Shown here: positions 41,565 to 50,654 of the stretch, one piece after another
Numbering within the stretch: the first letter of the stretch is position 1
How the letters are laid out: each line of letters opens with the position of its first letter
Assembly: GCA_016214565.1 (NCBI GenBank)
Contig: JACROE010000002.1
Span: 792,007-856,006, forward strand
Direction: 5' to 3'
DNA from: Candidatus Kerfeldbacteria bacterium
GTDB lineage: Bacteria; Patescibacteriota; Patescibacteriia; UBA10025; JAHIVO01
DNA length: 64,000 nt
Translations under genes and position numbers: made by a program
The notes under the pieces: model-generated
What the model was told of the DNA's origin: nothing
The model's database searches: none
The model's input: only the letters and a program-made list of their open reading frames with translations

Positions 41565-42008
41565 ATGGCAGATACATTACAATTTGAAATCATTACTCCG
41601 GACGGCACGGTTTTTTCTGAAGCAGTAGATGAAGTGGTGATTCCGACGCCGGATGGTGAAATTGGCATTCTACCGCACCATGTGCCGTTAGTGTCGCTGC
41701 TTCAGGCGGGCGAGGTGAGGATTAGAATTGGTGATGAGATTACCTTTTTAGCGGTTTCAAGCGGCCTACTCCAAGTGCATCCTGATAAGGTGGTAGCATT
41801 AGCAGATACAGCAGAGCGCGCAGAGCAGATTGACGAACAGCGTGCTGAGGAAGCGCGCACACGAGCTGCGGAGCTCATGGCGGACAAACGGGTTGACTCG
41901 GAAGAATTTGCCGCGCTGTCAGCCAAGATAGAAAAAGAATTAGCGCGACTACGAGTAGCAAAGCGCCGCACGACACGACGCGTCGACACCATCCGTCCAC
42001 AGTTATAA
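41565..42008 (+). CDS. atpC: ATP synthase F1 subunit epsilon
   Basis: LQFEIITPDG N-terminal beta-sandwich plus a C-terminal helical hairpin. Confidence 0.8.
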   Translation: MADTLQFEIITPDGTVFSEAVDEVVIPTPDGEIGILPHHVPLVSLLQAGEVRIRIGDEITFLAVSSGLLQVHPDKVVALADTAERAEQIDEQRAEEARTRAAELMADKRVDSEEFAALSAKIEKELARLRVAKRRTTRRVDTIRPQL

Positions 42009-42120
42009 ATTAGACACCAAGCTGTCAATTTCAAATCATGACACGGTTGACTCCGGGTACTCAAAGTCGCTACACTACGTGTATCCGCTATTTTATAGTT
42101 AGCATGGAGGATTATATATA

Positions 42121-43158
42121 ATGGTTGTCGAAATTCACATCAAGCCATCGCAGTGGTTGCCCGTGCTGGCCGTTCTTGGGTTACTGGTTGGAGGTTGGTA
42201 TGCTATTACTTATGACGTACAGCACTCCTCGATTGTGACGCCGACTGAATCATTGGTAAATCCGGACACGCTTGCCAAGAGGAATGCCTTGCCAGCTTCG
42301 GTTTCTATTCCCGCTTTGATGCAGCGTGAGTATACTGGCACTGATTTTATTTTGGGACCGACGCTGGAAAAAGGAGTGGGGTACAATCGATATTTCATGT
42401 CATATAATAGCGATGGTCTGACCATTACGGGTAGTATTGCTGTGCCGACCAGCGAAGGTTCGTTTCCTCTTGTTGTATTGAATCATGCGTTGGTTGATCG
42501 AGAGGCGTATAGAACCGGCGATGTATTAATAGCTGAGCAACGATATTTAGCACAACATGGGTATGTAGCACTTGTGCCTGACTATCGCAATCACGCTGGT
42601 TCAGATGACGACCCAAATGTTGATCGAGACCTTCGTTTTGGCTATGTCATTGACGTGATTAATGCTTTGCAAGCTGTCGAGCGAGCACAATTAGAATTTG
42701 TGGATACTGAACGAGTGGGTATGATCGGATATTCCATGGGCGCGGTGGTGGCGCTCGGCGTGGCAGTAGCACAGCCGGATTTGCTTGACGCTATTGTGCT
42801 CTATTCTCCAATCAGTGCTGATATGTGGGTTAATTACCAGCGCTGGATGGCGGATTTGCCGATCGCAAATGAAATTATTAAGCTATACGGAACCATTGAG
42901 TCGAATGAGAATTTTTGGGAAGAAGCGTCACCGGCTCATTACCTTGATAAGATTCTAGCGCCAATATTAATTCATCATGGTACCGCAGATACGTATGTGC
43001 CAATTTCGTTTTCAGAGGAATTAGTTATTGCTTTGAAAGCGGCGAATTCAATTCCTGTTGTATTTAATAAATATTTAGACCAAGGTCACGAATTTAATTC
43101 TGCTCATGATGAGGCGCTTGATCGCACGGTTAAATTTTTAGATGAGTATTTGAAGTAA
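42121..43158 (+). CDS. Alpha/beta hydrolase (S9 / dienelactone-hydrolase-like) with an N-terminal TM anchor
   Basis: GYSMGA nucleophile elbow and HHGTADTYVP near the C-terminus. Confidence 0.55.
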   Translation: MVVEIHIKPSQWLPVLAVLGLLVGGWYAITYDVQHSSIVTPTESLVNPDTLAKRNALPASVSIPALMQREYTGTDFILGPTLEKGVGYNRYFMSYNSDGLTITGSIAVPTSEGSFPLVVLNHALVDREAYRTGDVLIAEQRYLAQHGYVALVPDYRNHAGSDDDPNVDRDLRFGYVIDVINALQAVERAQLEFVDTERVGMIGYSMGAVVALGVAVAQPDLLDAIVLYSPISADMWVNYQRWMADLPIANEIIKLYGTIESNENFWEEASPAHYLDKILAPILIHHGTADTYVPISFSEELVIALKAANSIPVVFNKYLDQGHEFNSAHDEALDRTVKFLDEYLK

Positions 43159-43342
43159 ATAGATCTGACCACGACAAGAGGAAGACTGATATGTGTTCCG
43201 TTTTTTATATTTGACAGTGGGAGCTGTTAGATTCCTTGCCCCCACCCCTCTTGACAGCCAGTCGCAATAGTGAGAAGGTTACTTACTTTACCGCCCCCTT
43301 TTCAAAACAGCTCGTTTCAGAGCACAACTCGCCTAAAAGGAG

Positions 43343-43813
43343 GTGATGACGGTGGCAACACAGCATCATGCCAAACGTTCGAGATGGTCTCGGCTAGTAC
43401 ATACAACGTACAAATCTCGAGGCTGGTGGGTCGACTTTCCCACGCTTGCGCTGCTTGGGCTTTTTCACTGGCATTTTTACTCGAATGGCTTCCATGCCGT
43501 TCCTGATGAAGCGCCTGAATTCTGCTGGACCGTCCTGGTCATGTATCTCATGATCAAGGAAAAGGTTCGGTGGGAACATATGGAAATGCTCTCGCGACGC
43601 GGCAGTGTACTCGTCGGCTTCTGGATGTTCTCGGCGCTTGAATTTTTTGTGGTCATGGCATGGGATGGACATCATTTTCAAATGCCACCGCAAATGATTG
43701 CGACGACATTGATCGTACTCGGCGGTTTCGTCGGAGTGCTGCCCGTGAAGTATTACTTCACCAAGCGGTTCCCGAATGCCTCGGGTGCGTTCCAAGTCAG
43801 CCGAAACGACTAG
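43343..43813 (+). CDS. Hypothetical Trp/His-rich membrane protein
   Basis: AAAGGAGG Shine-Dalgarno; three or four TM helices; locally elevated GC; the antisense ORF 43394..43876 is rejected. Confidence 0.35.
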   Translation: MMTVATQHHAKRSRWSRLVHTTYKSRGWWVDFPTLALLGLFHWHFYSNGFHAVPDEAPEFCWTVLVMYLMIKEKVRWEHMEMLSRRGSVLVGFWMFSALEFFVVMAWDGHHFQMPPQMIATTLIVLGGFVGVLPVKYYFTKRFPNASGAFQVSRND

Positions 43814-43987
43814 ATTCACGCATGCTCTCTGGAATCCCGACGGATCCCAGAGAGCAATTTTATTGTATGATATCATGCCTTGACATGACCGCCGACGTCC
43901 GCTACAGTGAGCGGTACTTTTTGCTCCTTATCATTTGCATAAATGTAACGTGGGTATATTTCGTAAACCTTACTTTTTGGAGGATGT

Positions 43988-44230
43988 ATGACGGGTATTA
44001 TAGTTGCAGGTACAGAGTTTTTGATTGACTATGTGTTGCCGGGTGGTCGGTCGAGTGACGGGGTAAATCGAACGATTGCCACAGTTACCGAAGTGAATCC
44101 TGATGATTCAATCAGTGTCCGATCGGACGGTTTTCCGCAGCTCTGCAGATTGCGGAGTACCGGAGCGGGTTGGAGCGCTGTTTTTTCTGACCGGAATGAA
44201 ATACCGGTTGTTGCCTGCAAGTTGATCTAG
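43988..44230 (+). CDS. Hypothetical 80-aa protein
   Basis: TTGGAGGATGT then ATG; followed by the strong terminator 44258–44300. Confidence 0.4.
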   Translation: MTGIIVAGTEFLIDYVLPGGRSSDGVNRTIATVTEVNPDDSISVRSDGFPQLCRLRSTGAGWSAVFSDRNEIPVVACKLI

Positions 44231-44257
44231 CCGCTTGCCGCGGCTCATTTGTCTTCG

Positions 44258-44300
44258 CTCCTGGTGTGCATATGTGCATGCCAGGAGTATTTTTTATTTT
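44258..44300 (+). terminator. Rho-independent terminator
   Basis: Stem CTCCTGG/CCAGGAG around a palindromic loop, then TATTTTTTATTTT. Confidence 0.75.
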
Positions 44301-44398
44301 CTTGACAGCTATTGATCAATAGTATACTAATACTCGTATGTCATTATTTTCTATTTAGAGTACTGAAGCATTGTATCTTTTGAAAGAGAGGTTAATAC

Positions 44399-44656
44399 AT
44401 GGCAGGAGGTTCGTTCTTTGAGTGCCCGGTGTGCAATCAGTCGGTTCATGTTGGATCAAACGGTTTGTTTGATGAGCATGATAACAAAAGTGGTAAGCCA
44501 TGTCCCGGAGCAGGTCTCCGAGCACGAGGCGGGCCATCTAGTTTTCAGTCGCCGGGATTTCCGCGCAGCAATTTTCATTCAGGCCAGTACACTGGACCGC
44601 AACCGCGTCATCGTGGAAGAATTGGGTCAAAAGCCAGACGATTTAGAAATTGGTAA
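44399..44656 (+). CDS. Hypothetical 85-aa protein with a CPVC...C N-terminus and a basic, disordered tail
   Basis: AGAGAGG Shine-Dalgarno. It ends just before the terminator hairpin at 44679–44710, whereas the competing frame 44418..44756 reads through that hairpin. Confidence 0.35.
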   Translation: MAGGSFFECPVCNQSVHVGSNGLFDEHDNKSGKPCPGAGLRARGGPSSFQSPGFPRSNFHSGQYTGPQPRHRGRIGSKARRFRNW

Positions 44657-44771
44657 TAACCGATTTTGTGAATCTGTAGGCCGTTTCGTATGTGAAGCGG
44701 CCTCTTTTTTACAAAAAAAGAACCCCGTGGTCTATCACTCCACAGGGTCACCATAGCAATTCCCAACCATA

Positions 44772-44933
44772 TCACCGTTTACGACGCGGTGCCAGGACTA
44801 ACGGTAGTCCGACACCAATGAGCATGAGTGCGAGCGCGACTACTGGCATAAACCAGACGATTATGATTGCAACTGCAATCGAGACCCATCTGATGAGTAC
44901 CAGCCAGAGCGGCCGCCCACGTACTGTGGTCAT
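44772..44933 (-). CDS. Unannotated 53-aa two-helix membrane protein
   Basis: AAAAGGAGGTGATGGAC then ATG; sequence MTTVRGRPLWLVLIRWVSIAVAIIIVWFMPVVALALMLIGVGLPLVLAPRRKR. Confidence 0.35.
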   Translation of the reverse strand: MTTVRGRPLWLVLIRWVSIAVAIIIVWFMPVVALALMLIGVGLPLVLAPRRKR

Positions 44934-45062
44934 GTCCATCACCTCCTTTTTGGGTATTTGGCATGTCCATAGGTAAGTGTAGTCCTTTTAGTATACATGA
45001 TGCAAGGCATAGGATATGCATCAATTTTTTGATATACTGAGATCATCATTGAGAGAGTTTAA

Positions 45063-45848
45063 ATGTATATGGACAAAACTCGTCCCCCGCACTGGACTCC
45101 GCCAGCTGGGCATAAGTCAGAAATTGAGGGAACTTCGGCAATGGCGCAGAATGCTCAATCAGCGACCGAAAAACCAAAAAAGCACCATGGTTGGCTTATT
45201 TTCTTTGTCGTAGTGTTTTTACTCATTATTGGTATAGCTACTGCTGTGGCGGCTACGGGCGTCTATGCTGTTCCCGTCCTCACCGGGGTGTTTAAATCGG
45301 ATCAGCCGATTGATCTCGGCATTAGCAACGATCCAGCATATCTCGAAACGTTGTATGCGAAAGTACCGATGACTATTTCAAGTACGCGAACCAATTCGTT
45401 AGTGAATATGTTTGAGGGGCAGATAGATGTGCACATGCGCGGTACGTCCGAGGAGATTACGGCTTGGCTAACCCGGTTTGAAGGGGATAATCCTGCATTT
45501 AGTAACGTACAAGTAAATATGATTGAGGGCGGCATGGAAGTATCGGGCATAGTTAACGAATACATCCACGCGCCTGCCTATATCAAGGCTGGCGTAACAA
45601 TGTCCACAAATAAATCAATTGATCTTACTGTTGCGGCTGCAAAAATAGGTCGTGTATCAGTACCTCAGCATTATCTCGACGATGTTGAAAAATATTTTGA
45701 AGACCACATTAATGCGCAGATGGCTCGCACCGAAGGCTTTTCCATGGAAAAACTCGAATATCATTCTGGTTATAGTGATTTCGTTGGCACCTTGCCCGCA
45801 CGTGCATTTTCGCATGATCGCGGATGGAGTGCATTATTAATTGATTAA
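45063..45848 (+). CDS. Single-pass membrane protein with a ~200-aa extracytoplasmic domain; first gene of the heliorhodopsin operon
   Basis: TM helix (GWLIFFVVVFLLIIGIATAVAA); ends 10 nt before the heliorhodopsin start. Confidence 0.5.
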   Translation: MYMDKTRPPHWTPPAGHKSEIEGTSAMAQNAQSATEKPKKHHGWLIFFVVVFLLIIGIATAVAATGVYAVPVLTGVFKSDQPIDLGISNDPAYLETLYAKVPMTISSTRTNSLVNMFEGQIDVHMRGTSEEITAWLTRFEGDNPAFSNVQVNMIEGGMEVSGIVNEYIHAPAYIKAGVTMSTNKSIDLTVAAAKIGRVSVPQHYLDDVEKYFEDHINAQMARTEGFSMEKLEYHSGYSDFVGTLPARAFSHDRGWSALLID

Positions 45849-45857
45849 TTATTTATT

Positions 45858-46655
45858 ATGGATCAAATTCAACAATCAGCTGATCAATTGCAATTAAAGT
45901 TAAAGCGATTACGTCGGTTTAACATCATTATGGCTTTTTTGCACGCGGCTCAGGGCGCGGCTATGTTGCTATTGAGCTCTTCATTTTCACTTTCAGTAAC
46001 TAGCGCATTTGTACGGATGGACTTCGAATCCGGCAAGTTGCAGCCATATTTACAAACAGTTTTTGAACTTCCTATCGGGTTTTTGGTTGCGTGCTTCTTA
46101 TTTTTGTCTGCAATAGCACATGCGCTTATTTCATTTGTACCAGCTATTAGCGCCTGGTATAACCGCAATTTGCTCAAAGGGGCGAATTACGCACGATGGG
46201 TAGAGTACGCTTTTAGCTCATCGGTGATGATGGTGGTGATTGCCATGTTGGTTGGGATGTATGACGGTATCAGCTTGTTATTCATTTTCTTTCTCAATGC
46301 TATGATGATCCTGTTCGGTTGGATGATGGAGCTGCACAATCAAACCACCCCAAAAACAAATTGGACAGCATATATTTTTGGTTGTATCGCCGGTATTGTT
46401 CCGTGGGTTGGCGTTGGTATCTATTTGTTTGCGGCGGGTGAAGGGGATGCGAAAGCACCCACATTTGTCTATTGGATCTACTTTTCGATTTTTCTATTTT
46501 TCAATAGTTTTGCCGTTAATCAAGTATTACAGTATAAAAAAGTGGGGAAGTGGCAGGATTACCTGTATGGAGAGCGGGCGTATATTATCCTTAGCTTAGT
46601 TGCAAAATCATTATTGGCATGGCAGGTGTGGGCAGGGACACTGCGACCAGTGTAG
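45858..46655 (+). CDS. Heliorhodopsin
   Basis: 7-TM protein, collinear with heliorhodopsin 48C12. RWVEYAFSSSVMMVVIA carries the counterion Glu, with FGCIAGIVPWVGV and FLFFNSFAV. ERAYIILSLVAKSLLAWQVWAGTL has the Schiff-base Lys in TM7. Confidence 0.85.
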   Translation: MDQIQQSADQLQLKLKRLRRFNIIMAFLHAAQGAAMLLLSSSFSLSVTSAFVRMDFESGKLQPYLQTVFELPIGFLVACFLFLSAIAHALISFVPAISAWYNRNLLKGANYARWVEYAFSSSVMMVVIAMLVGMYDGISLLFIFFLNAMMILFGWMMELHNQTTPKTNWTAYIFGCIAGIVPWVGVGIYLFAAGEGDAKAPTFVYWIYFSIFLFFNSFAVNQVLQYKKVGKWQDYLYGERAYIILSLVAKSLLAWQVWAGTLRPV

Positions 46656-46658
46656 TCT

Positions 46659-47357
46659 ATGACAAAATATAATCATCAGTCAGTTCAAGCCACCGGCGCC
46701 TCCCTGCGCGAAATCGTATTTGGCATGGAGGATGGCATGGTTTCCACCCTGGGAGCGGTGACTGGCATCGCCATCGGCAGCCAGGATCATTTTATGGTGG
46801 TGATGGCCGGTATGGTTATTATAGCGGTTGAGTCTATTTCCATGGGTGTTGGTTCATATCTATCAAATCGTTCACAACAAGATCTTCATCATCGGGTACT
46901 GCACGAGGAACGTGAGGAAATTAAGGATTACCCCCATGAGGAGCAACACGAATTAAATCGGATGTTTATTCGAGATGGATGGCCGCCACACTTAGCCGAG
47001 CACATGACTGAAGTGGCAGCTAAGGATCGCCATCTTATGCTTCAGGAAATGGCGTATCGTGAATTAAACATTGCCGGCACTTCACATGGCACTCCAATTC
47101 GAAATGGTATATATATGTTTATTGCTTATGTGGTTGGCGGAATGGTTCCTTTGCTTGCATATTTATTAATGAGTGTTTCTCAGGCAATGCCCATTTCGAT
47201 TGTTGTCACCCTACTGGGATTATTCGGGCTGGGAGCGGCCACTACTCGATTGACGAAGGGGGGATGGTTTAGATCAGGACTACGCATCATGATTCTTGGC
47301 GGCTTGGCAATGGTGATTGGATTAGTCGTAGGTAATTTTGCAAAAGACCTTAAATAA
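46659..47357 (+). CDS. VIT1/CCC1-family Fe/Mn transporter
   Basis: LREIVFGMEDGMVSTLGAVTGIAIG N-terminal motif; five TM helices; starts 4 nt after the heliorhodopsin stop. Confidence 0.7.
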   Translation: MTKYNHQSVQATGASLREIVFGMEDGMVSTLGAVTGIAIGSQDHFMVVMAGMVIIAVESISMGVGSYLSNRSQQDLHHRVLHEEREEIKDYPHEEQHELNRMFIRDGWPPHLAEHMTEVAAKDRHLMLQEMAYRELNIAGTSHGTPIRNGIYMFIAYVVGGMVPLLAYLLMSVSQAMPISIVVTLLGLFGLGAATTRLTKGGWFRSGLRIMILGGLAMVIGLVVGNFAKDLK

Positions 47358-47422
47358 TAAAATCGACACGCAACGAAGGATAGCTGCGTGTCGGGAGGAT
47401 GGGCGTGATGTGTATTGTATCA

Positions 47423-47707
47423 TCACGCTGGTTTTGTTTTGCTGTGCGATACGGTTTCGAAGAGACCGAGATCGAAAATGCCGATGACCTCACCATCCAC
47501 GACATAGGAGTCGGGACTGGTGCTGCCGGAAAAGAACGAATCGCCCGGGTGGCCATACATTAATTGCATGGTGTTTTCATCAAAGCGGATTTTTGCCGCT
47601 GCCAGCACATCGGCGTACGTGGCACGAAGTTCTACTTCGGTGAGTTCAACCACGATGGCTGGTTGAGCAGTTTTACCCTGCGCAATTCGGAGTATCGTGC
47701 ATTTCAT
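47423..47707 (-). CDS. Hypothetical 94-aa protein
   Basis: CAGGAGTAGGCAT then ATG; convergent with the VIT gene; hairpins at 47364–47393 and 47403–47442 lie between them. Confidence 0.45.
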   Translation of the reverse strand: MKCTILRIAQGKTAQPAIVVELTEVELRATYADVLAAAKIRFDENTMQLMYGHPGDSFFSGSTSPDSYVVDGEVIGIFDLGLFETVSHSKTKPA

Positions 47708-47867
47708 ATGCCTACTCCTGACTAGAGGTTAACGAAGGATAGTGGTTATATAACGATCTATATTACATTATGGCTCGGTGATAGTACTGCTCATGGCATC
47801 ACGCGTCAAGTTATTTTGCGGTGTCTGAGTTGCCAGCGAGCGGCGGGCTGGGGTAGGATAGCAGTAT

Positions 47868-48275
47868 ATGGATAATGATCAATTTGAAAAATATATTCAT
47901 GAGGCAATTGCCCGGGTACCTGCGGCAGTGCGTGAGCGCATAGAAAACGTGGCGTTTGTCATTGAAAATGAACCGCGTGCGGCACGAGCGACGGAGCGTT
48001 CAATCAAGGCTCGAGGCACGTTATTAGGGCTGTATCAGGGAGTCCCATTGCCGAAACGCAGTGCATACTATTCTGGTGTGCTACCGGATAAGATTACTAT
48101 TTTTAAGCAGGCGATTGAACATGTGGCAGGACCAGATGTTGAGCATATTCGTCAAACTGTCCATGAAGTGGTGCATCATGAAATAGCCCATTATCTAGGC
48201 ATGGATGAACGAGCTGTGCGAGCCTGGGAACAGAAACGGAAAATAAAAAATACCCGGCGCACAAATCTCTCATGA
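47868..48275 (+). CDS. Zincin-like metallopeptidase (DUF1025 / minimal HExxH protein)
   Basis: VHEVVHHEIAHYLGMDE matches the HEIxHxxG(L/M)D(D/E) signature. Confidence 0.6.
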   Translation: MDNDQFEKYIHEAIARVPAAVRERIENVAFVIENEPRAARATERSIKARGTLLGLYQGVPLPKRSAYYSGVLPDKITIFKQAIEHVAGPDVEHIRQTVHEVVHHEIAHYLGMDERAVRAWEQKRKIKNTRRTNLS

Positions 48276-48314
48276 GATATGATACGCCGGGGCTTTCTGT
48301 GGAGACCAGAAATG

Positions 48315-48587
48315 TTACGGTGCGGATGAAGCTGACAGGCGGGCGAGGTCGTCCAAACAGGCGACTTGATTGCCCACAAATTTGAGGATACTCACACTTC
48401 CCTTCACGGTGACGGTGGTATACCGGCATGACCGGCCAAGTATTTTCTTGACGGCATTGTCAGCGGTATACACATAGGTGTAAATGGGAGGTACGAGAGA
48501 GGCTTGCATGACAGCGATCTCATCTTTGAGAGCGGAATCAATCGCGCCTGGTTCATCCTGTGCGACGACGATAGTTGGGGATGGCAT
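48315..48587 (-). CDS. Hypothetical 90-aa protein
   Basis: AACTGAGGAGAAGGCATC then ATG; candidate TTGACA-N17-TACTAT promoter on the minus strand near 48640–48670. Confidence 0.45.
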   Translation of the reverse strand: MPSPTIVVAQDEPGAIDSALKDEIAVMQASLVPPIYTYVYTADNAVKKILGRSCRYTTVTVKGSVSILKFVGNQVACLDDLARLSASSAP

Positions 48588-48819
48588 GATGCCTTCTCCT
48601 CAGTTAAAATGTTGTGAAAATAAGTTTGTGCTATTTGTAGAACTATCGATAGTATCAAATCATTGTTTGTTTGTCAAGATTGGCGATGATGGTATGTACT
48701 ATACTTGATAATACTATCTAACGCGATGTGAATGTGTACATTACTGTTAACAGCTGTTGGTTAGAAATGAGTATTTAGAAAAGCGGGCAATAAATACCGC
48801 GTGAGATGCATTGATAGTA

Positions 48820-48867
48820 AAATAAAAAAATACCGCCCAATTTCTCTCGAAAGAAAAACGGGGCGGT
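48820..48867 (-). terminator. Rho-independent terminator (minus strand)
   Basis: Stem ACCGCCC/GGGCGGT, with ATTTTTTTATTTT on the minus strand; lies downstream of the 48889..49254 gene. Confidence 0.6.
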
Positions 48868-48888
48868 CGTGTGGCAGTGGCGCGGATA

Positions 48889-49254
48889 CTAAATCCGTAC
48901 GATTTGCCAATACTGGCGGATGCCGATCTTACCAGGCAGTTGCAGTTCATTCTGCAGGGTGAGCCAGAATACCCAGTGCATGAGCAACATCTTATTTCGC
49001 TCGAGCACTACGGCCGGATTATCCAGCATGTCGCCAGAGAGTGGTTCGCGCGTGTAGTCGCGGTTCTGATCAGTGGCGATCAGGGCTCGTTTCACGCGGG
49101 AAACCTGGAGGGTGTAGGCGGCATACAGTTGTCGAAACCGCCGCGGCAGTCGTCCTATGACGGATTCAGTTGGCGCTACCGGCGCTAACATCCGAGCAGT
49201 AATTCCAATATCTGCCCGCTCAATGAGAGATTGAATCCAATCAGGTTGCTGCAC
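48889..49254 (-). CDS. Hypothetical 121-aa protein
   Basis: GGGAGG Shine-Dalgarno 5 nt before a GTG start. The frame boundary may be offset by 1 nt from the track coordinates. Confidence 0.4.
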   Translation of the reverse strand: MQQPDWIQSLIERADIGITARMLAPVAPTESVIGRLPRRFRQLYAAYTLQVSRVKRALIATDQNRDYTREPLSGDMLDNPAVVLERNKMLLMHWVFWLTLQNELQLPGKIGIRQYWQIVRI

Positions 49255-49748
49255 GCAAACCTCCCTAGTTGAAGTGGAACAATACTATACTATCGGAATG
49301 AGAGTATAGCCGGACATTGTAGCCGAAAGTGGCAACTTTGTCAAGTATGGACGATTGAGTGTTGTAAAAAAAGCCATCGTTGACGACGGCTTTTGGCGAG
49401 AATGCAGAGAGTGAGCAATGTTGCTAATCAGAGAAATTCCTCCTCTTAGGTTTTTCTGGTCGAACCGGCCAGACGTCATAGGGATCAGTAACGACAGACC
49501 GTGGTCCAGAATTTGTTTCTTTCCTGAAAACTTCTGTCGGCACCGTAGTGGTGACTCCCATGTCATCACTGCTGGTGACTGGCGGGGTCGTGGGACGAGA
49601 TTTCCCTAATGTCCCCAGGGATCGGATCATGTGTAGGAGTGTTTTCACGCGGCCCTCCATGGTCGGTGAGTGGTTTTATTTTTGAAAGAATATGGAGTGA
49701 TTGTAGGCGCCTGAACGGTGAATGTCAATAATTATTTTCAGTAAACTC

Positions 49749-49777
49749 TTGACAACGTAGGATATTATTGGTATAGT
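49749..49777 (+). promoter_or_regulatory. Sigma70-like promoter TTGACA-N17-(TGn)TATAGT
   Basis: TTGACA 49749–49754, TATAGT 49772–49777. It sits about 85 nt upstream of the ATG at 49864, which has a GGAGG Shine-Dalgarno. Confidence 0.45.
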
Positions 49778-49863
49778 GGTCGGTAAACATTTCAATGCTC
49801 AAAACGAGCAGCGAAAACTAAAAAAGAAAAAACGTTAATTACATACAACTTGGAGGACAAGTC

Positions 49864-50433
49864 ATGTGCGATCAAGCTTTCCCGCATTTCTATAGAGTAG
49901 GCGGGTGTGCTCGTGCGTTACATCTGCGGCGGCTTCAGTATGTGAGGCGGCAATTTGACGAAACGGTCGCGGATCCGCGCCAACTAGCGTCCCAGGACTA
50001 TGCCTGGGTGGAGCGTCACTCCCGGTTTGCTGAAAATCTCAGGGAAAAATGGGTGGCCGCTGTTTCGTCGCAGTTTTTTCAGACGGGCATTCATTTGCGA
50101 AATCTCTGGAATGACCAGTTTTATTTCCGCATTCCGCGACGAGTGCCTTTCCCTAAGGTTCAGATTCTGGGAGCGAAAGCATTTTTAAACGAGTGCCCGC
50201 TGTGTTGCACGACATCAGTTGAGTTGCTCAGGTTAACTAGTGGTGATGCTACGCTATCACATTCGCGGGTTCGTTGGCTCTTTATGGGGTCGGTTGATCC
50301 GTCGCGGTGCACGCATCATGTGCCGGTTGATGATGTTTCATGGAAGATAATCAACAACGCACTGTATCTGTTTTGTTCAGATACAGTGAAGGAGGTTCAT
50401 GAGGAAGTCATTTGTTCTCAGGTGTGCGGGTAA
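49864..50433 (+). CDS. Hypothetical 189-aa Cys-containing protein
   Basis: GGAGGACAAGTC then ATG; no recognisable domain. Confidence 0.4.
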   Translation: MCDQAFPHFYRVGGCARALHLRRLQYVRRQFDETVADPRQLASQDYAWVERHSRFAENLREKWVAAVSSQFFQTGIHLRNLWNDQFYFRIPRRVPFPKVQILGAKAFLNECPLCCTTSVELLRLTSGDATLSHSRVRWLFMGSVDPSRCTHHVPVDDVSWKIINNALYLFCSDTVKEVHEEVICSQVCG

Positions 50434-50611
50434 TGCATGGCGCGCCACTGTCCGTTTTCTCCGCAGACGAGAGAAATTTACCTATCAGGGGGTTGGAGTC
50501 TGTCTCAAACGAGGACGTCATAACCTCGATGAAATGAAGACTGGAGATCAATTCTGTCGGGTCTGCCATCAGGTAAATCCAAGTCAACTATCAGGGGATT
50601 CACGCAAGTGA
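50399..50611 (+). CDS. Hypothetical 70-aa basic protein with a CRVCHQ motif
   Basis: AAGGAGGTTC then ATG; overlaps the upstream gene end; the stop codon is embedded in the terminator hairpin. Confidence 0.4.
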   Translation: MRKSFVLRCAGNAWRATVRFLRRREKFTYQGVGVCLKRGRHNLDEMKTGDQFCRVCHQVNPSQLSGDSRK

Positions 50612-50628
50612 ATCCCTTCTTTTTTTAT
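50594..50628 (+). terminator. Rho-independent terminator
   Basis: Stem GGGATTCAC/GTGAATCCC with a GCAA loop, then TTCTTTTTTTATTT. Confidence 0.75.
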
Positions 50629-50654
50629 TTAAATAATTACGTTATACTAGCAGT

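Noticed and set aside
43394-43876. Minus-strand 160-aa ORF
   Set aside because: It overlaps 43343..43813 on the opposite strand. The plus-strand ORF has an AAAGGAGG Shine-Dalgarno and a coherent TM-helix pattern, while the minus ORF is Arg/His-rich with no start signal.
44418-44756. 112-aa ORF in an alternative frame
   Set aside because: It reads straight through the hairpin plus T-run terminator at 44679–44710, whereas the competing 44399..44656 frame stops just before it. It is kept only as an alternative in the findings.
49285-49660. Two overlapping minus-strand ORFs (94 and 78 aa)
   Set aside because: Low-complexity Ser/Thr/Pro composition, no Shine-Dalgarno, and they lie across a bidirectional terminator hairpin (49364–49391). 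The region is probably an untranslated spacer.
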